A DNA stretch of 64,000 bases from Octopus vulgaris (taxonomy: Eukaryota): assembly GCA_951406725.2 (NCBI GenBank), contig OX597816.1:29140001-29204000 (forward strand), written 5' to 3'. A model generated the notes under the pieces. It did not search any database. It was not told the DNA's origin and saw only the letters and a list, made by a program, of their open reading frames with translations. Shown piece by piece: positions 25,630-39,310 of this stretch. How positions within the stretch are numbered: position 1 is the first letter of the stretch; every line of letters begins with the position of its first letter. Both the position numbers and the translations under genes were made by a program.

Positions 25630-25789
25630 TGAGTGTATTTTTCCCTTGTTAACAATTAACGCGGAAAAATAAATAAATAGTTACCAGGGTAGCAAAGTTC
25701 CACACAAGTAAAGAAGTTGTAACTCCTTGTTTTTAAAGGTAGAAAATTCGGGTTTATGTGGAATTTTTTGTATAATATATAAATAAATA

Positions 25790-25920
25790 TATGGAGTTTA
25801 ACACAGGTATAATTTAATTCAAATACATTTAATCCCGACACATGTTTCGAAGATTTCACTTCTATTATTCCAATGTGTCGGAAGTAAAAGTATTTGAATT
25901 ATACCTGCGTTAAACACCAT
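25790..25920. repeat. Penelope-type inverted arms with the 3' half of a hammerhead
   Basis: 25790-25843 vs 25873-25920 are inverted. The minus strand has CGAAACAUGUGUC; the module ends in (TA)n. Confidence 0.6.
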
Positions 25921-26234
25921 ATATATATATATACTGCTTGTGTTTGTATGCATATATGCGCACTTGTACATATGTAAACATGTATGCCTAAAAGAAGATA
26001 CTCACACACGCACATATACACACGCACACACGCACATTTGCGCACACACATACGGTTACGCACACACATGTGTACGCACACTTACTCACACGCACATACA
26101 TACACATTTATACAAACATACGTATAGACATTGTAAAGCATGCCTTTGTCTCTATGTGTACTCGAGGTTCGTTCCAGAATGCTTGCAATATTATGGAAGA
26201 GGCCATTGTAATTCTTATAAATTTTAGTATATTT

Positions 26235-26365
26235 TATTCTTTACTACCCACAAGGAGCTAAACACAGGGGGGACAAACAAGGACAGATAAACGGATTAAG
26301 TCGTTTACATCGATCCCAGTGTGTAACTGGTACTTAATTTATCGACCCCGAAAGGATGAAAGGCA
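26235..26365 (-). mobile_element. SINE group C, 3' part
   Basis: Matches 48620-48751 in reverse (gcctttcatcctttcggggtcgataaattaagtacc...). Confidence 0.85.
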
Positions 26366-26367
26366 TA

Positions 26368-26468
26368 GGAAGAGTATCCACTTGCCCAACTGCAGAAGTT
26401 CATTGGGAGCGTGAAATCACGTGTCTTTGAAGTAATTCAGAAAGGTGGTAGCCAAATACAGTATTGTT
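26368..26468 (+). pseudogene. Tc1-like transposase C-terminal fragment
   Basis: EEYPLAQLQKFIGSVKSRVFEVIQKGGSQIQY resembles the Tc1 SMPRR..VI...GG.T.Y terminus. Confidence 0.55.
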
Positions 26469-26479
26469 GATGCATTGTA

Positions 26480-27280
26480 TTAGAATACTATTGACATATA
26501 TCATAATTTCCCTCTTTCGCATCCTTTTTGCAACGTTATCCAAACCTGGCGTATAGTTTTGAACAAGAGGTTTTCTGGCTCTGTATGTTTCTTTGAATTA
26601 TAATCTAATTTATTTTTTGGACTTCAATAAATTTGAATATTGCAATGCATTTTTCTATTCCATTTCCTATCTAGAGGAGAGTTTCATGAATTTGCGAAGT
26701 ATAGTTTGTCAGAAAAACAAACTGCTCTTGCGTTATAGTTATGATGAGCAGTTTAGTTTGCAGAATGCATTTCGTGCATGAAGAGTAATTGTGTAGCAGT
26801 TGTACAAAGAAAAGTTGGATCTACTATTCTGATGCAAAGACAAAGATACAGAGTGTCCAATAGAAGCAACGTGGCTCATCCAGACCCAAGAAGACCAGCC
26901 AAAATATGTCTACCGAGATGCTCAAAATGATCCCCTTTTTTACAGGTTGATAAATATATTCTCATGGAATCTGACCAAATGAGATTTACCTTTCAACCGC
27001 AAGTCCCTCTTGCGGTTCACTAACTTCTTCGTTCGGTGTTGCACTGTTTGGACCCCACTTGACAAGAAGCTTTCACTCTATAGATAAAAATAAGTCATCA
27101 ACACTTGACATGACGTCATTATCAACGCAGTGCTGGTTCCCAAGCCAGGCGAAACCGCTGCCAGGGTAACATATCAAGTTTATCATTCAATGTGCTTTCT
27201 GTAAACGGTTGATGGGAGCTACTTTGTAGAACGTGAGATTTTTGTACTAATATGTGACTCTCAGCTCTCCCTCATGTGTT
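26480..27280 (-). mobile_element. Highly decayed mariner-like remnant
   Basis: The minus strand has a mariner-like C-terminal EGNY end near 26505 and weak N-terminal resemblance near 27050. No clear TIRs. Confidence 0.35.
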
Positions 27281-27320
27281 TTTCTCCTTTCGTGAGCTTC
27301 GCAACAGCCATACGTCTTTG

Positions 27321-27375
<55 letters not shown>

Positions 27376-28479
27376 TTGTAAATACTCTATTTGGGATCAT
27401 TTTAATCACATTGTACCTTAGTTGTGTGATTTGTTTAGGTTCCACGTCCCAAGCCGATATATCTAAACATAAGTTTGGGAAACAGTTTTTACGAACTTCC
27501 TGGTGTAGTCTTTTATATCTTTAATGTGGAATTGCCGCAAATATATGACTGATTGCTTTATGCAGTAAGAATATTTTACGGTAGTGAATATGTGCATACA
27601 CAGCACGCAGTTCTTGATTTAGGCCAGATAGCCTGCCCAGCAGATTGCAATGCCAATAGTTCCCGTGGATTTAGATAATGCCGTAATGGATTGTCATTGA
27701 GTTAGTTAGGCAGATTGAAGACGACAACTCCTGATATATTCTTAGCACATAAACACATCAGTGACAGAAGAATTTCACCGTGCTTCCTAAAGTGTTCTGG
27801 GGGCCGTTCTGTGTATCAAATTTTTATTCTTTCCAAAATTCTGACGACTTATTCTTTCAATATTCAATTCCTGTACATCACACCTAATAGGATATCTTGG
27901 GTAAAAACAAAACATGATCTATCGTTTTATTGTAATAATCCCTACCTTACATTACAGAAATCTCAGACAACCTTTTGTGCTGTTTCTATCAGTTCTCGTT
28001 ATCATTACTCAATAGAATGCACAGCTAAACTGTGCATTCAATTGCGTTATGGTATCCAGAAATCAAGTTTGGGATATGTGTATCTGATAATCGATCATGA
28101 TTTTCATGCCACTTTTACATGAGACAAAATGTATATACATAAAGTTGCCAAGACACATATCTTCTGCAATAAACGTAGTTCTTAGAAGCGAAAAATGAGA
28201 GAAAAGAGAATTATGGTTATATGGCTATAGATAGAAGACCTGTTAGAAAATTGCCAGCCCGATCAGCAGTGCCCTGGGGCCTGAACAGTATAAATTAGTG
28301 GTTTATATACATGCATGCATACATACATATATGTGTGTGTGTATGTGTATTATATATATATATACACCAAAGCCAAATAAATCTACTTGATGATCCAACA
28401 GATCTACGCAGATACAGTGATGATACCTCTCTCCGGGATTCTCGCAAAACCGGGGACACCTTATAAGACCTCGCTTGTG

Positions 28480-28916
28480 CAAGACCCCTCAAGGCTTTGT
28501 AACTTTAGTGAATTTTCCACGTGTCTCATGGACAGCCAGTACCTCAGGAACAATGTAGTTTATAGGGGCACTGTCACAACCGATAGTAATAGCTTCTACT
28601 ACATAGGAGAATCTGCTTCCCAATTTAAACAGAGGTTTTATAATCATGTCCACTACTGTGAGATATTTAATAAGAATAATTTCACATTGTTGGCAGAGTT
28701 GGTCAGGGACTTAAAATTAAAGAAGGTCCCATGCATGACTTCTTGGTATGTGGTGACATCTGCACACCCCTTCACAAGAGAATGGGGAGAGTGCAGTATT
28801 CTACGGTCGAGGCTTTCGAGATATTACAAAATCGGGGTAACATTATTAACAAAAGAAATGAAGTGTTGATACTACGTCCGCATAAAAACCACAGGACCTT
28901 CGCAAACGTCAGATAG
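28480..28916 (+). pseudogene. Penelope-like element GIY-YIG endonuclease fragment
   Basis: NNVVYRGTVTT...YYIGESASQFKQRFYNH...LAELVRDLK...W, then frameshifted IINKRNEVLILRPHKN. A long 3' non-coding tract follows. Confidence 0.88.
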
Positions 28917-29630
28917 TTTAGACCCCTAGCCCACCCAGTAGATAATTCTCCCCCCCCCCAACGGCCTCTTTCTATAGTTTACATAGCTTCCCTGCGAAGT
29001 AACACTGCACCATTCCACGGACATCCACACAGGGACCCATAAGACATTTTGTCTCCTAACCATCCCGCTCAATTTTCTAACGTTTAGGACTTATAAAATT
29101 TCTATTAAATTCTTCTGTATGTTATATTCCTGTTTCTCTTGTTCTTATTGGTAGTTGCCTTCCAGCCATTCTTTTCCAGCTTTCAGCCTCTTGAAATAAT
29201 TATGTTTTGTAAGTTGTTGGTATTTTAATTTATAGTTTTTCGCATTTCATCTGATGCTACATAACTTTAATTTTTTTCTCCCCATGTGCATTTCATTATC
29301 TAGTTGTTTGCATTTTTATCTCAACATTTAACTTTAGTTTATGTAACGGAATTGATATACTTTTAAATACCATACCCCCAACTGCGATTTAATCTACGTT
29401 TTATACACCCTCCTCTCACGGAGGTTTAGACATGCAGATATAACACGAGTTTTTACCTATATGTTTTTCATTTTTTTTTATTTCTCACCTGACTCTAAAC
29501 ATTTTTCAAAATAAATTTTCATTTTATATTCTTTCTTATGTCCACATATATTTCTCTGATTCGTTGGTTTATTACAGATTGGAGTCCACTGTATATGTAA
29601 CCACTACTCCATCTTACCTAGGATGCATGT

Positions 29631-30018
29631 GATGGAAGCACTCCGTCGGTTACGACGACGAGGGTTCCGGTTGATCCGAATCAACGGAACAGCCTGCTCG
29701 TGAAATTAACGTGTAAGTGGCTGAGCACTCCACAGACACGCGTACCCTTAACGTAGTTCTCGGGGATTTTCAGCGTGACACAGAGAGTGACAAGACCGGC
29801 CCTTTGAAATACAGGTACAAGAGAAACAGGAAGTAAGAGTGAGAGAAAGTTGTGGTGAAAGAGTACAGCAGGGATCACCACCATCCCTGCCGGAGCCTCG
29901 TGGAGCTTTTAGGTGCTTTCGCTCAATAAACACTCACAACGCCCGGACTGGGAATCGAAACCGCGTTCCTATGACCGCGAGTCCGCTGCCCTAACCACTG
30001 GTCCATTGCGCCTCCACT
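29631..30018 (-). mobile_element. tRNA-derived SINE group B (tail 1) with 13-bp TSD
   Basis: TSD ctaggatgcatgt at 29618-29630 and 30019-30031; A box TGGACCAGTGG, B box GTTTCGATTCC. Confidence 0.93.
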
Positions 30019-30477
30019 CTAGGATGCATGTACAGTTCGAGTTATATATACCTCCATACAACCCAGCTGCTTCTGCTACTCTGTGAACCTTACCTTAACT
30101 ATTTGTTGTTTCTATAATCTTTTATTTTCACCCTCTTCATAGCCTACACTAGTCTGCCCCATGGTACGTTATTTATTTATTTATTTATATAAACGACCGT
30201 CTACGTAGATGTGCATATGCGATTTTTATAGAAGTTAGTATATGTGGGTGTCCGTATGTCTATGCATATATATATGGTGTGTGCGTGTGTGAGTATGTGC
30301 GTGCATATATACATGTGTGTGCGTATGCAGGGAAGGTAGATATGCATATATAAGTATCCATGTATGTGTGTGTGTACGTATGTTTTGGTATTTGTATATC
30401 CCTGTGTATGGGTGTATATGTGTAGGCATGTATACGTGTGTATGTTTATGTGCACACATAGATGGTGTGTATGTATG

Positions 30478-30542
<65 letters not shown>

Positions 30543-30937
30543 CTATGTGTGTTTATGTGTATATAGATATATGTGTATCTATGTATAGAGTGTTAGGTGT
30601 GATGTACAGAAATTGAATATTGAAAGAATAAGTCGTCAGAATTTTGGAAAGAAGTCTTTTATTTCTTCCCTATTATTAGTGTCTTCCATTCCTTTCTCGA
30701 ACTTGCCAAAAAAAATTTTGTAAATGTACAAACAGCTTGTTCATTTATATAAAATAGATGATTTTTGTGTGTGTGTGTGGGGGGTCTTTTGGTTAGAAGA
30801 GAACATTGTTTTTGTTTTGGGAGAGGTTCTATGACAATGGAGATGTATAGATAGAAATATAGGTAGGCAGATAGGCTGATAGATAGACACATAGGTAGAG
30901 GGAGAGAGAAAAGAGGTATCCCCTTCCTATTCACCAT

Positions 30938-30980
<43 letters not shown>

Positions 30981-31296
30981 GCCATTTACCATTGTATTGG
31001 AATGAGTTTAAGGATGGCGACATTTTCAAAAAAAAAAAAAACCCGGTGCGCTTTGATCATCACTGAAAGTCATTTTGCTTCCTTTCTCTCTTCCCCTTTT
31101 CCTTTTTTTTTTCCTTTTTCTCCTCTTTGAGTTATATTTAGAATAGAAAATGTACTGTCTCCCCTTCCAAACATTCAATTTTGAAGGGAATGTTTTGATG
31201 AAATGTAGTTCTGCATGAAAACACATTGATATGACTCTCCCCAGACACAACAGAACATTAGTATAATATTTGCAGAAAAAAAGAAAACAAATAAAT

Positions 31297-31775
<479 letters not shown>

Positions 31776-31819
31776 GTAAATAATACAAAATAATAAAGCA
31801 TATATATACATATATATAT

Positions 31820-32158
31820 ATTAATAGTTATCGCCAAGCTAATATGGCAATTCGGGGAAAATAGGACGAATGCTGCCGTTGATTAGCTGCAAGAGACCAT
31901 TGCCTCTAGCTAGCTATGTGACACTTTATAACATTAGAACAGAGGAGGTCAGCCGCCTCCCCTTGCTGGTCTGGTAACTACAGACTAGTTTTGGGGTATT
32001 TGCCCTTTATCCCTGTTCAAATGTTATAATGGACACAGATTCGTGTATCACATAGCTAGCTAGAGGCGATGGCCTCTCAGAGCTAATCAGTGTCAGCTTT
32101 CTTCCTATTTTCCTGGACTGCCATCTTAGCTTGGCGATAACTATAAATATCCAGTACC
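31820..32158. repeat. Inverted pair of pLTR-like repeat R (minus 31820-32010, plus 32011-32158)
   Basis: Both arms match 34195-34409 and end in gataactat(t)aat. Confidence 0.85.
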
Positions 32159-32408
32159 TTTAGAGAGACATAGAAATAATAGTATTTTTATTTCTGAAAA
32201 GCAGAGATGTATTCCACTGAATTTAGGTAAATAATACTTCAAACAGACGGTCAGCAGCCACGCCTGCTGATTTCGTCTACGTTGACTTGGTCTGAGATAG
32301 CGTTGTTGACTACGAGCGGTGAGTGTTGAAATTGGATTTTTGAAACTGTTATTGTTGGAATTCGAGAATTGTTAATTATTATTATATTAGTTTCTTTCTT
32401 CCCCATTT

Positions 32409-33490
32409 TTGGATAAAGATATTGAAGATGGCAGTTGCGCTGCGGTGGCAGGCATTAGCCTGTCAACCGACATGCTGCCACTAAACGAAGTAACGTTGGA
32501 AGACAAGAATTTTAAAAAGTTCATTGAACTGTTTAGAGAGGAATGGGATTGGCCTCCGGTTGACGCCACCTGTCGAATTTTTGCAACACGCTGAAAAGAA
32601 AATGATTGTGTAACGCACATTGAACACTGAAACCAAAACTTCTGGAAGTAGCAGAAATTGAAGCCATAGAGGAATGTATGCGGGAAAAGAAGTGACCGCC
32701 AGAGGAAAGAAATAAGGCACAGTGGAGGTGCGTTTCATGAACGAAGAAGAAGCAAAAAGTTACTCCACTGTTCCTTTCAGAACGGCCCAAGTGGGCACTT
32801 TTGACAACTTGCTGCGGAAAACGAGCTGCAAGAGTCAGGATAGGGAGATTTCCCCCCGGATATAGACGAGGTATGGCTAGTGGCAGCCATCCTCTATAAA
32901 TATGAAAAGGAATCAAAAGTAATTAAGGTGGAGAAGTCAAATGAGATAAAATAATGGGGTTATGGATTAGAACGCGGGGTCTACATAACCCTACCAGTTT
33001 TGCATAAAATAGTAGAGGAGCTGGTACTTCCCGATGAGACCCGATTGAGAATCATGGTGGAGGGGATGTCTCCTATATGTTATAATTGTAGAAGTAGGGG
33101 ACACCTACAGGCAAAGTGTCCTCATAAACAAGGGGTATTAGAGAAAAACCAGGAACAGGTGGAAATGTCAGTGGGGGAGGAAGAAGGCAAACAAGAAAAT
33201 GACAAGTGCGGAGTCACCACCAAAAAGTAAAAAAATAAATAAATAAATAAAGGCGGCGAAAACACCAGAGAAAGAGATAGGGAGTGCAATTCGAACCCCG
33301 GAACCCGATCCGAGAGGAGGTAGGAGTGAAGAAGAGAGTTATGAGAAGTGGAGGGAGAGGGTAAGACAAACAATAACGCACATATGGGATAGAAGAAAAC
33401 CGACAGGACAGAATATAAGAGCGATGGTGATTTATAAGAATAACGTAGAGATTGAAATAAGATCGCAAACGTAAAAGAGTTAACAAGAGT
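32409..33490 (+). mobile_element. Second ORF1-only retroelement (L1/Tx1-like ORF1), disrupted
   Basis: GTVEVRFMNEEEAK, GKRAARVRIGRFP and IVEELVLPDETRLRIMVEGMSPICYNCRSRGHLQAKC (intact CX2CX4HX4C). No ORF2 follows. Confidence 0.72.
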
Positions 33491-33531
33491 AAAATTGGAT
33501 GAAGATTAATTTCACAGCGATGAGAAAGCAG

Positions 33532-33916
33532 GGATCTTTTTGGTTAGAACGGCAGTTTTTAACATAATTTCTAGGTAAATAAAAAATTTTAAACTTCGTA
33601 TACTGGTAGAATGTATTTCTATAACATCTTTTTCACTTGGCTTTATTGAGAAAATTCTATAGTTTGTAAGATATTTGTTGTTTTTTCCCTTCAATTTCTG
33701 CAATTTCAACCAATCACTGACGTCCATTGAGGTAAAAAAAAACATTCTGTGCCGTACGAATATGTCCTTCGTTTAAGAAACAGATTGGGTTTATTTACAT
33801 TTGTGAAGAAAAAAGATACCCCTAACCCTAACCCTAACTATCCCTAACTAACCCTAACCCTAAAACGGATTGAAATGCAATAGATCGATACTAGGGTCAT
33901 AATTATGGGTGACAAT
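33532..33916 (+). mobile_element. Merlin-like MITE, right end missing
   Basis: Near-identical to 43416-43797, including the internal (TAACCC)n. Confidence 0.85.
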
Positions 33917-34194
33917 GGGTTCATTGACGAACGTGGTATTTTTCGACGACTTGTTGGAATACGTGCGCGTCATGTAGAATTGTACAAAAAGACTGATGAA
34001 ATGATTAATTAGAACAGTAAAATGGAACTGCTTGCTGTGGGGAGCGAGTAAGCCATTGCATTTTTCATTCTTTTATTTATATTAATATTTCATGCGATAC
34101 GTTCCATGTACCCAACGTTTTGTGTTGTCTGTCCTATCTTTTTCAGGATTTATGCCTATAATAAAGGGAAATGCTGGGTTTGGCTGCTCGGCAT

Positions 34195-34409
34195 TGATAA
34201 GGTGCAAATGCCCTAAGCTAGATTGTAGAATCCAGACCAGCAAGGAGAAACGGCTGACTTCCCCTGTTCGAAGTTTATAATGGACACGAATTCGTATGTC
34301 GCATAGCTACCTAGAGGAGATGGCCTCTTGCAGCTAATGAACGGTAGCATTCGTCCTATTTTCCTGGACTGCCATGTTAGCTTGGTGATAACTATTAATA
34401 TCCAGTACC
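34195..34409 (+). repeat. Third copy of pLTR-like repeat R
   Basis: Direct repeat of 32011-32158; both end in atatccagtacc. Confidence 0.85.
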
Positions 34410-34459
34410 GCTACAGCAAGTCTCCTTTACAGAGTCTCAGAAATATATATATATATATA

Positions 34460-35253
34460 TCTTTATATATATAAAACTGAGAATGTGTGTCTGTCTGTCT
34501 GTCTGTCTGTTTCCCTAAAACTTGAGAACTACACAACCAATTTCATTCAAATTTTATACATGCCTTACTTAGGGCCCGGGTAGAGTCATCGGCAAAAAAT
34601 TTTTAACTTTTTGCCTAGGGCGAACCCACAGCAATACGATTCCCTAAAACTTGAGAACTACACAATCAATTACGATTCCCTAAAACTTGAGAACTACACA
34701 ATCAATTTCATTCAAATTTTACACATGCCTTATTAAGGGTCCATGTAGTTTCGTGGGCAAGAAAAAATGCTCAATTTCTTGCCTTGTGCGAGCCCATAGC
34801 AATATCATATCTTCTCCACTATTTCAGTATTGCGTGTTAAAAGTGAAACAAAAATATTTCTTTATTTTATGTCAGATACTTTCACTTTAACAATAAAAAT
34901 AATAATAACAATTGAATTATATGTAGTAAGTAATAATTAAAATCAAACTAAAGTATAATGTAATCGTAACATACAAAAGCAAAAGTAGCAGTTGGTATAA
35001 AATTACATCAATGATTTGAACTTGAATAAGTGGTTTCACATGATAGGGAATAAATAAAAAATAAAATTAGCGTGCAGAAATGGAATAGTCCAGATGGATA
35101 ATAAAAAATTAAATTAAAGAAAAGACTATTGTCTATAAAGTATACAATGTAGATAAAAAGAAGAGCTAACAATTTCAGTCTGCTATATATTTTGAGTATT
35201 GTTATCACTAGCGATATCAAGATATAACTTTGTATTTAACATTTTATGTGTAG

Positions 35254-35300
<47 letters not shown>

Positions 35301-35384
35301 TGTACATGTAATATGTACACATATATAAACACATATATACATGCACTAGCACTATGACCCGGCAACGATGGGTCTTTAATGCTA

Positions 35385-35385
<1 letters not shown>
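34460..35385 (+). mobile_element. Non-autonomous Helitron
   Basis: A|TCTTTATATATATAAAACTGAG start with (CTGT)n; 3' hairpin gacccggcaacgatgggtc followed by CTAG|T. Confidence 0.85.
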
Positions 35386-35455
<70 letters not shown>

Positions 35456-37893
35456 AACAATTAAGATTCAAGTGAGTTCCAATGAATTCACATGAATGCG
35501 ATACTTAACTTAGATGCACCAGAAATCTATATGGTATTAACCATAAAACAATGTGGGGTGATTATAAACAAGAAAAAAGCAACAAGAATGGATTAGTTGT
35601 TCAGTACAATTGTTTCATACGAAGAACAGCTTTATTAAAAGCTGCAAATATTGCAGCAAATATAAGTGTCCCGTATTCATCAGCCAAAACACATATGAGT
35701 TTTCCAAACATCCTAGGGTGTGAGGCTACACTCATGAAGTATCGAAGAGAGTTCTATAAAAAGCAAAGTTAGATTGTAAGCAGACTCCAAAAGTTCTCTA
35801 ATGATGCACAGTTTTATAAAAGGTGTTTTAAAAAGTTTGTTAGCTTCACAGAAAAGGTAAATCCATCCATAATAATGCAGGTGTAATTTCCGGAGATATG
35901 AGGAGATATTTCATACTCAGAGACGATGAATTTATCCATAATAATGTAGATGTAATTTCCTGATATATGAGAAGATGCTGATCACACTTCTGTTCATTTC
36001 ACAAAACTACTATGTCGGAAGAAGAAATTGACTATATTGGCTAAAAGGAGTCAGTGAAGCAGAAACCAACCAAATAAGGGCATTATGGGACAAAAGGGAG
36101 GGAGGGGTGTAAGTACACAATCTACAAAGATTATCTTATTTCTGTAGTGACTGAAAATCTAGGTCAGAGTAGCAGGAAACTGAGATTTATAAAAGAGAAC
36201 ATTACTTTTGACCATCATACAGCTATTAACTGCCACTCCTACAGAGTTAAAGGCAGGTATAAGAATATAAAGAGAACAAAAGAAAGTATCAAAGAGGTCA
36301 AAGGCTATCAGTAGAGGAAGATACATTAAGAGATTTAAGTGCAACACTAGAACAGGAGGTTATTTATTTATTTATTTATTTATGCTTTTTTCTATTTATA
36401 CAAATGTTTATACATTTTAAGACAGACTTTAGGTCTATACCTAGAGGTCAATTAATTTCTATAGTAAAAGGTGTGAGAGTATTGTTTATTCAAAATATAG
36501 TGAAAATCATAGTGAAAATTCCTTATATTATTATTAAGGGAGTAGCATTACTTATTAAACTTAGAATAGAATTAGGAAGTATTAGCAATTTATTTGATTT
36601 AAGTTGGGTTAATTAAATTAGATTAAAGTTAGATTAAATTAAATTAACTATATAGTCAATTAAAATTTTTGGCAACGTACAAATACCATTTTTTTCTTTG
36701 TGTTCTAAAACAGGTACAGTTAGAAAGAAAGAACACCAATGGAAGAGCTCACAGATATCTATTTATTTAAAATGTGTATATCTATGGGTGCATGTATATG
36801 TGTGTGTATATATTTGTGTATGTGTGTGGCTGTATGTGTGCATGTATGTATATGTGCATATTTGTACACACGAATGTTCATGGATATATGCAGTGTATGT
36901 GCGAGTAGGTGTGTATGTAAATGTATATGTATCTATGTATGGGTGTATGTGTCTATGTATTCGATTTACTAGAAAAGGCAAACATATCTGCTTGAACTAA
37001 CAGACCATCGTAGATACGTTGAGATATTAAATGTTATTTCCTATGTGTGATGTACATCGGAAACTTTAAAGTCTGGCATGCCTTTGATCAATGGCCCACA
37101 TTGTTGAGTTTAAACAAGTGTGATAATTACAGCAAGAACGGTAATAATAAAAACTACAATGATGTTTAAGTCGAAAATCAATATCGTAATCTTGTCTCTA
37201 TTGCCTCTGAGAAAGGCATCAGTGTCATAGCAGCTCATTTCTCTGATTGAATAACACAAAGCCCCTAGCTAATTTAAATCAATATTACAACAGAACAATA
37301 GATTCGGTCAATATTTACATCCATCTCTTAATTCGCAGCCGTTATGATATAAGAAATCAACATTCTCAGAGTATTGCATTTCAAGAAAATGTAACTGACC
37401 TCAGGCCATATCTATATGTGACAATATATAATCATCGTAATTCAGATTTTTCTCTTCTACATAGAAACTAGCATTTACTCTCTCCTATTACAAAAGCATA
37501 ATTACTTAATATCGAATTTACAGGTATTTGTTTGTTTAGAAGCACGAAATAGTAAGGTTTCGTTGTACAGTTATATATCTATCACGTTTTACAGGTTTTG
37601 TTCGCTTTAATAGACGATACTATGTTGTAGGGCGTGAATCTCATGTCATTTAGAAAATTTAATTAGAGTAAGGTGAATTTGAAGTAATGAATTAGTTAGT
37701 TAATTAATTTATTATTAGATGTCTTACAGCTGTTTGTGGGATATCCCAAGTGATAAGTTAGCATCTCCATACACTAGGTATTCCGTTATCAGAGAGAAGG
37801 TGATTATGTTTGAATGTTCCATTCAGGGAATTCTCAGTTTCTAAAGGAATAAAATACTAGACAAAAGAATAAAATGATTAAACAACAAATAGA

Positions 37894-38352
37894 AGAATAC
37901 AGACAAGAGAATAAAATTCATTGCTCATCTTCTTCCAGAGGATATGGAGGTTGGTTCGTACTTCTGTGAGGATATAGGTCAAGTAGTATTTGGCAGTATT
38001 TTGAACGTTGCGTTCATGTTGAAAGAATAAATTAAGTGGCTCGCTTGTATGAAAATGATCCACGTTGGTATATAAAGTGAGAAAGACAGGCATAATGGTA
38101 GACAAATGGAACCCATATGTGTCCATCATTACTGTCTTTCTCACTCTGTATACCCACGTGGATCATTTTCATACCAGCTAACCACTTGATTTATTCCTTC
38201 AACATGAACGCAACATTCAAAATACTACCAAATACTGCCTGGACTTACCTGGGATTATGCTCAAGGAAATACGCCTTCGCGGAAGTACGGACTGACCTCC
38301 ATACCCTCTAGAAGAAGATGAGTTGTGAACTTTATTTCCGTGTCTGTATTCT
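37894..38352. repeat. About 460-bp fold-back palindrome (MITE-like)
   Basis: Arms of about 215 bp are diverged reverse complements centred near 38111 with almost no loop. The right arm has an insertion of about 25 nt. Confidence 0.9.
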
Positions 38353-38499
38353 CTCTATCTACTATTTTATTCCTTCAGAAACTGAATTCCCTTTCCAGAA
38401 CTTCCATATATACTCACCTTGTCTCTGAGAGTGAAAAGCTGACATTTGCTTTGACGTAAGAGTAGAAAGTGGAAGAGAGGAGAAAGTGAAAGATGGACG

Positions 38500-38505
38500 T
38501 GTGTG

Positions 38506-38543
<38 letters not shown>

Positions 38544-39310
38544 AGTGTGTTGTCATGTATGTATTTTTTGCATGTATGTGTGACACTCACTCTCTCTCTC
38601 TCTCTCTCATGCACACCCACACATACATACAAAAAAAGATGTATGCATATGTATTTATGCATGTACGTATATATACGAAAGATAATGTGTGCGTTTTTGT
38701 GCGAGAGAGTGAAAGCCACTTACACATACATGCAAAAAATACATACATGTAAGCACACAACTTCTCTCTCTCTCTCTCTCACACATACACACACACACAC
38801 ACACACAAACACTTTCGGAAAAGATGTACGCATTTGTATATGTGTATGTACGTGTATATGAAAGGTAGTGTCTGCGTGTGTGTGTGAGAAAGAGTGAAAG
38901 CCAATTACACATACATGCAGAAAACACATACATCACAACACACACCTTCACTCACTCTCTCTCGAACTCTCTCTCATACACACATACACACTAAAAAGAT
39001 GTATGCATATATATTTATGTATGTACTTGTATATGAAAGATAGTGTGTGTGTGAGAGAGAGAGAGAGTGCCAATTACACATACATGACAACACACACCTT
39101 CACATACTCTCCTTCTCTATCTCATACACATTCACACGTACACACAAAAAGATGTATGAATGCACGTGTATATGAAAGATGTGTGTCTATGTGTGTGTGA
39201 GAGAGAGAGCCACTTACATATACATGCAAAACAGTAAAGGCATGACAACACACCTTGACTCACTCAATTTACCTCTCTCTCTCTCACACACACACTCACG
39301 CACAAAAGAG
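38500..39310. repeat. Compound minisatellite of about 150-185-bp units built from GA/CA microsatellites
   Basis: aaaagatgta...gagag..gcca.ttacacatacatg recurs about 4 times; the first unit is inverted. Confidence 0.7.

Noticed and set aside
29940-30017. tRNA-like sequence with A/B boxes (also at other SINE heads)
   Set aside because: SINE heads with TSDs and tails; no complete cloverleaf.
33820-33863. TAACCC repeats as a telomere or fusion site
   Set aside because: Short and internal to a MITE present twice.
37720-37793. Minus-strand CUGAUAA...CAAACAGCUGUA motif
   Set aside because: Two catalytic core positions are mutated; counted only as a decayed relic.
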